Positions 57,777 through 64,000 of a stretch of DNA of 64,000 nt are shown here, piece by piece. The translations under genes were made by a program, and so were the position numbers. The notes under the pieces are model-generated. The model was not told where the DNA came from, ran no database searches, and was given only the letters and a program-made list of their open reading frames with translations. This DNA is from Rubripirellula sp. (GTDB lineage Bacteria > Planctomycetota > Planctomycetia > Pirellulales > Pirellulaceae), in NCBI GenBank assembly GCA_965216875.1, contig OZ244207.1:32001-96000 (forward strand). Reading direction: 5' to 3'. The number at the start of each line of letters is the position of its first letter. Within the stretch, counting starts at the first letter, position 1.

Positions 57777-58655
57777 ATGCCCGACCCCGTCGAATCGCCG
57801 ACCGAAGGTGCCGGCGTCCTCGCCCTGCGGCGAGTGGCGATCTTGGGCGTTGGTCTGCTTGGCGGGAGCGTGGGACTTGCGTTGCGAAAGGCGTTGCCCG
57901 AAATCGAAGTGGTGGGCACGTCGCGGAACGCATCACGACGCCAACGTGCCATCGACTGCGGTGCCGTCACCGAAGCGACCGACTCGATCGAATCGGCTTG
58001 CCGCGACTGTGATGTGGTGGTTGTCGCGAGCCCGGTTGATCGCATTGCGGCGATGACCATCGATGCGGCCAAGTATTCGCCCGACGAGTGCTTGATCACG
58101 GATGTCGGCAGCACCAAAGCGGGGATCGTGTCGGCCGTTGCGGCGGATGAGCACGCGGCGGGTAAGTTCGTTGCGGCTCACCCGATCGCGGGATCCGAAA
58201 AGACAGGCGTCGAGAATGCGACCGCCGACCTGTTCGAAAACAAATGCGTCATCGTCACTCCGAGCGATAACACGCCGGAAGCAAACACCGTTCGTTGCGT
58301 TCACTTTTGGAAGCTGACCGGGGGACGCACATTGTTGATGTCGCCTGACGAACACGACACCCACTTGGCATCAGTCAGTCACGTGCCACACTTGGTGTCG
58401 TCATTGGTAGCCCGGATGACTTCGGTCGAAACGTTGCCGCTGACGGGAAGCGGGTGGCGTGACATCACCCGCGTTGCGGCTGGTGATCCAACGCTTTGGG
58501 CTGCGATTTGCCAAGAGAACCGCACAGCCATTTCGCAGCAATTGGGGCAACTGGCAACCCGTGTTGCCGAACTACGTGAAATGATTGACGACCAACGCGA
58601 CGACGATCTGCTGCGTTGGTTACAGGAAGCCAAAAACTTGAAAGATCAAGCGTGA
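57777..58655 (+). CDS. tyrA: Prephenate/arogenate dehydrogenase
   Basis: GVGLLGGS, TDVGSTK, HPIAGSE, HD...A.VSHVPH, DITRVA. Confidence 0.93.
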   Translation: MPDPVESPTEGAGVLALRRVAILGVGLLGGSVGLALRKALPEIEVVGTSRNASRRQRAIDCGAVTEATDSIESACRDCDVVVVASPVDRIAAMTIDAAKYSPDECLITDVGSTKAGIVSAVAADEHAAGKFVAAHPIAGSEKTGVENATADLFENKCVIVTPSDNTPEANTVRCVHFWKLTGGRTLLMSPDEHDTHLASVSHVPHLVSSLVARMTSVETLPLTGSGWRDITRVAAGDPTLWAAICQENRTAISQQLGQLATRVAELREMIDDQRDDDLLRWLQEAKNLKDQA

Positions 58656-58709
58656 GGTCGACGGCACTGTCGCCGTCACTTCCGTTCAACTCTTGAAGGA
58701 ACAACAACA

Positions 58710-61652
58710 ATGCCTCTTTGGCAGATCGACATCTACCAAGCCGAAAACCAAATCGACCGCGAAGGCGATCGAACGCGCGAAGAGATCAGCGAACTTGGCC
58801 TTGGCGACAACGTCACCGTCACCTTTGCACGGAGCTTTTTGGTTCAAGGCCAATTCGCTCACGACGAAGCGGTCCGGCTTGCGGACATCTTGCTTGCCGA
58901 TTCGGTCACTGAAACGTCGGTCGTCGCCATCGCTGGCCAAGACGTTCTCAATGAGCCGCCGGGCGATCAAACCACATTGGTCAACGTGTTGCCCAAGCCG
59001 GGCGTGATGGATCCCGTTGCCGCCAGTACGGTCGGCGCGGCTTCCGATGCAGGCTTCGAAGTCGAAGCGGTTCGCACGATGCGAAAGTATTGGCTTGATG
59101 GTGTCGATGGCGACGCGCTCGATGCCGTCTGCCGAAAGGCGCTATCGAACGATGCGATCGAGCAAGTGGTTGTTGGCCCGCTTGAACTGGACCAACTTGA
59201 TGTTGGCTCGGCCTATGAATTTGAATTGGTCACCGTTCCGATTCGTGAACTTGATGATGCAGGTCTCGAAAAGCTCTCAATCGAAGGTCAGCTCTATTTG
59301 ACGCTCGTGGAGATGCAAACGATTCGCGACCACTTCGTTTCGATCGGACGAGATCCGACTGATGTCGAACTCGAATCGGTTGCCCAGACTTGGTCCGAGC
59401 ACTGCAGTCACAAAACGCTCGCCGGACGCATTCACTATCGCGGCCCCGGCGCCGACGGCACGCCCGAAGCGGACGAGCGTCAGTACGACAACATGCTCAA
59501 AGAAACGATCTTTGAAGCCACGCAAACGATTCGCAGAACACTCGGCGACAACGACTGGTGCGTCAGCGTCTTTAAAGACAACGCGGGTGTGGTCACGTTT
59601 GACGATGACTTCCACGCGTGTTTCAAAGTCGAAACTCACAACCACCCGTCGGCGCTGGAACCTTATGGCGGTGCGAACACCGGCATTGGCGGTGTGATCC
59701 GCGACCCCATGGGAACGGGCATGGGCGCCAAGCCCGTTTGCAACACCGACGTCTTCTGCTTTGCACCGCCTGACACGCCAGCCGATTCGCTGCCACCCGG
59801 AGTCCTGCATCCACGCCGCGTGATCAAAGGCGTGGTCTCTGGCGTTCGTGACTATGGCAACCGAATGGGAATCCCAACGGTCAACGGCGCGGTCTATTTT
59901 GACAAACGCTACTTGGGTAACCCGCTCGTTTACTGTGGCAATGTTGGGATGATCCCGGTCGGCATGGAAGACAAAGAGGTCAAGCCTGATGACTTGATCG
60001 TCGCCATTGGTGGTCGCACGGGGCGCGACGGAATTCATGGAGCAACGTTCTCGTCCGCCGAGTTGACCAGCGAATCGGAGTCACTCTCTGGCGGTGCCGT
60101 TCAAATCGGCAACGCGATCACGGAAAAGATGGTCCTCGATGTCTTGCTTCAAGCACGCGACCGCGGGCTTTACAACGCGGTGACCGATTGTGGCGCCGGT
60201 GGCTTCTCAAGTGCCGTCGGCGAGATGGGCGAAGAAGTGGGTGCGGAAGTTTGGCTCGAGAAGGCACCGCTGAAATACGAAGGACTGACCTACACCGAGA
60301 TTTGGATTTCGGAAGCTCAAGAGCGGATGGTCCTTTCCGTTCCGCAAGACTCGTGGGAGGAATTGCGTGACCTCTGCGAAAGCGAAGGGGTCGAGGCGGC
60401 GGTGATCGGTCGTTTCACACCGACCGGTCGACTGCTCTTGACCTATCACGGTGAAACAGTCGGCGACGTGTCGATGAAGTTCCTGCACGACGGGCGTCCG
60501 CCAGTCATTCGTGATGCGGTGTACCATCCGGAACCCACCGAAACGATTGACTTGCCATCGCTGTCGCCACAAGAGCTCGGCGCGACCTTGATCGAAGTGA
60601 TGGGCAGCTTGAATGTTGCCAGCAAGCACTGGGTGATTCGCCAATACGACCACGAAGTGCAAGGCAACAGTGTTGTCAAACCTCTTGTTGGCCCCCAATG
60701 TGACGGCCCAGGTGACGCGGCGGTGATTCGTCCACGGATGGAAACTCGCCAAGGTCTGGTCATCTCCTGTGGCATGAATCCACACTACGGTGACTTCGAC
60801 ACTTACCACATGGCAGCGTCGGCGATCGACGAAGCGATGCGCAACGCGGTCGCTGTCGGCGCGGATCCCGACAAGATTGCCATCCTTGATAACTTCTGTT
60901 GGGGTTACACCGATCGCGCCGAAACGCTTGGTTCATTGGTCCGCGCCGCAATCGCGTGCCAGGACGTCGCCGTTGCACTGGGCACCCCTTTTGTCAGTGG
61001 TAAAGACAGCTTGAACAACGAGTTCAGCTACAACGACGAATCAGGAGAGCGGCAAACGATTGCGATCCCACCAAGCCTGTTGATCAGTGCGATGGGGCAA
61101 ATCGAAGATGTGTCCGACGCCATCACGATGGATGCCAAAGAAGCGGGTAACGCTGTGTATCTGGTTGGGGAGACCAAGAGCGAGTTGGGCGGGTCTCATC
61201 TCGCGTTGGTGAAGGAACTCAGTGGTGGCCAAGTCCCGACGGTCGACACCGATGTTGCCAAGCGTACATTCGGTGCGATCCACCAAGCGATCCGATCCAA
61301 GCTGCTTCGGGGTTGTCATGACCTGAGCGAGGGCGGTCTGGCGGTCGCTGCGACCGAGGTTGCGATGGCTGGCGAATTGGGGATGAAACTCGATCTTTCG
61401 TCACTTTGCGGTAACGGCCTGAGTCCCGTTGAAGCCCTGTTCAGTGAATCGAACACTCGGTTCCTGGTCGAGGTTGAAGAAGAAAAGACGGCTGAATTTG
61501 AGCGATTGCTCGGCGAGCGTGACGTTCCCGTTGCCCGGCTAGGTACAATCGAGCAGGGTGACCAATTGGTCGCCACCGTCGATTCGCAAGTCGTGTTGGA
61601 TGTCAGTGTCAGCGAAGCGAAAGCGGCCTGGCAAAAGCCACTCGACTGGTAG
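58710..61652 (+). CDS. purL: Phosphoribosylformylglycinamidine synthase PurL with N-terminal PurS-like region
   Basis: [47 protein letters not shown]-terminal KPGVMDP. Confidence 0.96.
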   Translation: MPLWQIDIYQAENQIDREGDRTREEISELGLGDNVTVTFARSFLVQGQFAHDEAVRLADILLADSVTETSVVAIAGQDVLNEPPGDQTTLVNVLPKPGVMDPVAASTVGAASDAGFEVEAVRTMRKYWLDGVDGDALDAVCRKALSNDAIEQVVVGPLELDQLDVGSAYEFELVTVPIRELDDAGLEKLSIEGQLYLTLVEMQTIRDHFVSIGRDPTDVELESVAQTWSEHCSHKTLAGRIHYRGPGADGTPEADERQYDNMLKETIFEATQTIRRTLGDNDWCVSVFKDNAGVVTFDDDFHACFKVETHNHPSALEPYGGANTGIGGVIRDPMGTGMGAKPVCNTDVFCFAPPDTPADSLPPGVLHPRRVIKGVVSGVRDYGNRMGIPTVNGAVYFDKRYLGNPLVYCGNVGMIPVGMEDKEVKPDDLIVAIGGRTGRDGIHGATFSSAELTSESESLSGGAVQIGNAITEKMVLDVLLQARDRGLYNAVTDCGAGGFSSAVGEMGEEVGAEVWLEKAPLKYEGLTYTEIWISEAQERMVLSVPQDSWEELRDLCESEGVEAAVIGRFTPTGRLLLTYHGETVGDVSMKFLHDGRPPVIRDAVYHPEPTETIDLPSLSPQELGATLIEVMGSLNVASKHWVIRQYDHEVQGNSVVKPLVGPQCDGPGDAAVIRPRMETRQGLVISCGMNPHYGDFDTYHMAASAIDEAMRNAVAVGADPDKIAILDNFCWGYTDRAETLGSLVRAAIACQDVAVALGTPFVSGKDSLNNEFSYNDESGERQTIAIPPSLLISAMGQIEDVSDAITMDAKEAGNAVYLVGETKSELGGSHLALVKELSGGQVPTVDTDVAKRTFGAIHQAIRSKLLRGCHDLSEGGLAVAATEVAMAGELGMKLDLSSLCGNGLSPVEALFSESNTRFLVEVEEEKTAEFERLLGERDVPVARLGTIEQGDQLVATVDSQVVLDVSVSEAKAAWQKPLDW

Positions 61653-61686
61653 TTCGCCGACTGAATTCCCACCTGTTTTCCCGCCA

Positions 61687-62724
61687 ATGATTTCAGCGAC
61701 TAAAGAATCGACTTGGACCGTCGTCATTTCGAAGGGCCAATCGCGGAATCCCAAAAAACGGGAACTCGAGCAAGCGATCGCTGACGCCGCACAAGAAATG
61801 CCCGGCGTCAACGTGTTGGTGATTCCTCACCTATACGACCTGCCCAAGTCGAGCGATTCGTTCAAGCAGCTTGCGGAAATCGAATGCGACTTGATCGTCG
61901 TTTCGTGGATCTATTCGCGAGCTGCCCACTGGGTGCTCGATCGGAATGGGATTCAAGGCCAGGTGGGTGACGTCGAAATTGGCGATTCCGATGTCGATGA
62001 GGATGAAGACCAAGCGTCGGCTGACTCGTCGGAGGATGCGTCCAGCGATGGCGAAGATGATGTCGATCGCGTTGCCGAACTTTACCCGCGCCCCAACCGC
62101 AATATCCACTGCCTCGATCTCAAAGTCGACGACGGCGCTGATGCTTATGTCGACGAGATTCGGCGGATCGTCGGCGTGCTCCCGGAGCGGGCCCAGCAAA
62201 CGGAGCGGGCCCAGCAAAACGCGCTTCCGATCGTGGGCGGAAAGCTGGTTGAGGTTGAAGAGCAGGCCTCGCGTCGCTGGTACCCGGTGATCGACTTCAG
62301 TCGGTGCACCAATTGTATGGAATGCGTCGATTTTTGCCTGTTCGGTGTCTACGGCGTGGATGGCGTCGAAAATATTCTCGTCGAGCAACCGGACAACTGC
62401 CGAAAGGGCTGCCCCGCCTGTAGCCGCGTTTGTCCCGAGAATGCGATTATCTTCCCGCAGCATAAAGCCCCTGCGATCGCCGGCGCTCAGATCGAAGGCG
62501 AAGAGGGCTTCAAGATCGATCTGTCGCAATTGTTCGGTGCCCCAGCCGGGAGCGATGATCCGATCGCGACGGCTGCGCGCGAACGTGACGAACAACTTCT
62601 TTTAGCGGGTCGCGATGCGGTGGGAATCGACGACCAGCTTCGAAAACGTCAGGCCGATTTAGCCGCGTCGCCCAAGGATAACTTGGACGAACTCATCGAC
62701 TCTTTGGAAGAGTTTGATCTCTAA
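61687..62724 (+). CDS. Ferredoxin-domain (2x 4Fe-4S) protein
   Basis: CTNCMECVDFC and CRKGCPACSRVCP. Confidence 0.85.
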   Translation: MISATKESTWTVVISKGQSRNPKKRELEQAIADAAQEMPGVNVLVIPHLYDLPKSSDSFKQLAEIECDLIVVSWIYSRAAHWVLDRNGIQGQVGDVEIGDSDVDEDEDQASADSSEDASSDGEDDVDRVAELYPRPNRNIHCLDLKVDDGADAYVDEIRRIVGVLPERAQQTERAQQNALPIVGGKLVEVEEQASRRWYPVIDFSRCTNCMECVDFCLFGVYGVDGVENILVEQPDNCRKGCPACSRVCPENAIIFPQHKAPAIAGAQIEGEEGFKIDLSQLFGAPAGSDDPIATAARERDEQLLLAGRDAVGIDDQLRKRQADLAASPKDNLDELIDSLEEFDL

Positions 62725-62766
62725 GTTGCGTCGCGCGTGTTTCACGCGTTCACGTTTGTCGGGCGA

Positions 62767-62970
62767 AAGCGGGGAAGATTCCGGCTGAAGCCGGTACTAC
62801 GAACGGTCGGCTGATCGTAGCTACCTTCGCCAGAAGGTGGTCCGCGTTGGTAAGCCGCTCGCGATCACCCCACGCTCTGGCGAGCGAAGCTACAGCGCCA
62901 CTTAGTGGAAGCGGGGAAGATTCCGGCTGAAGCCGGTACTACGAACGGTCGGCTGCTCGTCGCTACCTTC
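62767..62970. repeat. BIME-like cluster of two REP families
   Basis: AAGCGGGGAAGATTCCGGCTGAAGCCGGTACTACGAACGGTCGGCTG at 62767 and 62909, flanking a GTAGCTAC...GCTAC hairpin. Confidence 0.88.
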
Positions 62971-63210
62971 AGGCAATGGATTTGCTATCAGCGAAGGTCA
63001 GCGGTGCGAGTTCCCGCAATGTTTTTTGCCTCTCTGGCCGCGGCCCCCCGAAATTTGCTAGCGCTTACCACAGAGTTCAGCTTTGATTTGTTCGTCAGGG
63101 CTATTAGCAGACATCAGCAGAGGGGCAGTAGGAAAGCTAACCTTCTGGACACAGCTGTCCGATACGTGAAGAAGGTCTTTCCTCCCTTGGAGTCAATCGT
63201 GCAGCTTCCC

Positions 63211-64000
63211 ATGTCAACAAACGCTCCTCGTCGACGCTTCGCGATGATGTTGGCTGCACTGAGTTTTGCTGGCTCGGCGTTCGCACAAGAGCCGACCGCA
63301 TTGGGACAAGGCCAGTCCGAATTGGGGCAAGCCCCGATGACATTGGAACCGGTCCCAACGACGCGGATGATCTTGAAGCCGATCAGTCCGCCGGAGGCCG
63401 CCGCCGCTCAGCCTGCACCGCCACTGCGCAACGACGTGATTGCGACCGGTGGTTCCGAGCCGGTCAAATCGACGATGCGCATTCGGATCGCTCGCCGTCC
63501 CTGGTTGCTCGAGAAGCTGACCAAGCCGAAGACCGAGCCGTCGGTCAAAATGAATCCGCCTCGGCCACCAGCTGACCTGCCGCAAAAACCAGCGACGCGT
63601 CAAGCGCAGGAAGAAGGATGGGTTTCACGCGGCGATGAAACTCAGCCACTCTACAGTGACCTGCGTTCGCGGTCGCAAAAGGCGCAGTCAACCCAGCAGC
63701 AACCGCCACAGAGCGATCAAAAAGCTGCCGCAAAATCAGAGCAGGCAAGCAGGAAAGCCCAACCCAACGGGAAAGCCCAACCCAGCGGGCAAACCCAACC
63801 CAGCAACGTCGCGACGGAGACGCCTCAACTGCGTGAGGCGCCGAAAGCAGGCAGCACAGATGCTCAAGCAAAGGGCGAGCCTGAAGCGGCATCCAACGTT
63901 GAAGTGATCGAGGCGTCGCCGCTGGCGATCGAAGGCAACGCGAAATCAACGCAGCAGTCAAACAAGACGAAACCGCGCGACGCAACCACCCAAGTCAAGA
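63211..64000 (+). CDS. 5' part of a secreted low-complexity protein (runs off window end)
   Basis: Not in ORF track; manual translation MSTNAPRRRFAMMLAALSFAGSAFA|QEP... stays open to the end; P/Q/A/K-rich. Confidence 0.75.
   Translation, partial: MSTNAPRRRFAMMLAALSFAGSAFAQEPTALGQGQSELGQAPMTLEPVPTTRMILKPISPPEAAAAQPAPPLRNDVIATGGSEPVKSTMRIRIARRPWLLEKLTKPKTEPSVKMNPPRPPADLPQKPATRQAQEEGWVSRGDETQPLYSDLRSRSQKAQSTQQQPPQSDQKAAAKSEQASRKAQPNGKAQPSGQTQPSNVATETPQLREAPKAGSTDAQAKGEPEAASNVEVIEASPLAIEGNAKSTQQSNKTKPRDATTQVK

Overview
Gene-dense, GC-rich bacterial chromosomal segment. Gene style (PQQ beta-propeller, TAT-exported Gfo/Idh/MocA, Zn-ribbon/Pro-rich membrane protein, small lipoprotein, low-complexity inserts) suggests a Planctomycete of the Pirellula group; this is an inference. 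About 42 CDS, mostly housekeeping or metabolic (ndh, gdhA, malic enzyme, ALS-like/ALDH, nagA, ribBA, tyrA, purL, ParA, Tex-like, YhaO/YhaN-like, CotH/DUF4956), separated by several families of REP/BIME-like repeats. I saw no rRNA, tRNA, CRISPR array or transposase. The best candidate for an undescribed system is a compact two-gene minus-strand operon at 5367-10640: a stand-alone, Walker-A-degenerate PilT/VirB11-family ATPase followed 6 nt later by a 1285-aa protein with two KaiC-like RecA domains fused to a signal-less, sugar-binding-protein-like C-terminal domain. Other points of interest are a 119-nt rod hairpin with strand-biased G-U pairs (candidate ncRNA), a Cys variant of a selenoprotein-family thioredoxin/MsrA-like fusion, an NTase-HD protein, and a probable clan-CD protease. 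All calls come from motif recognition by eye; no database searches were run.
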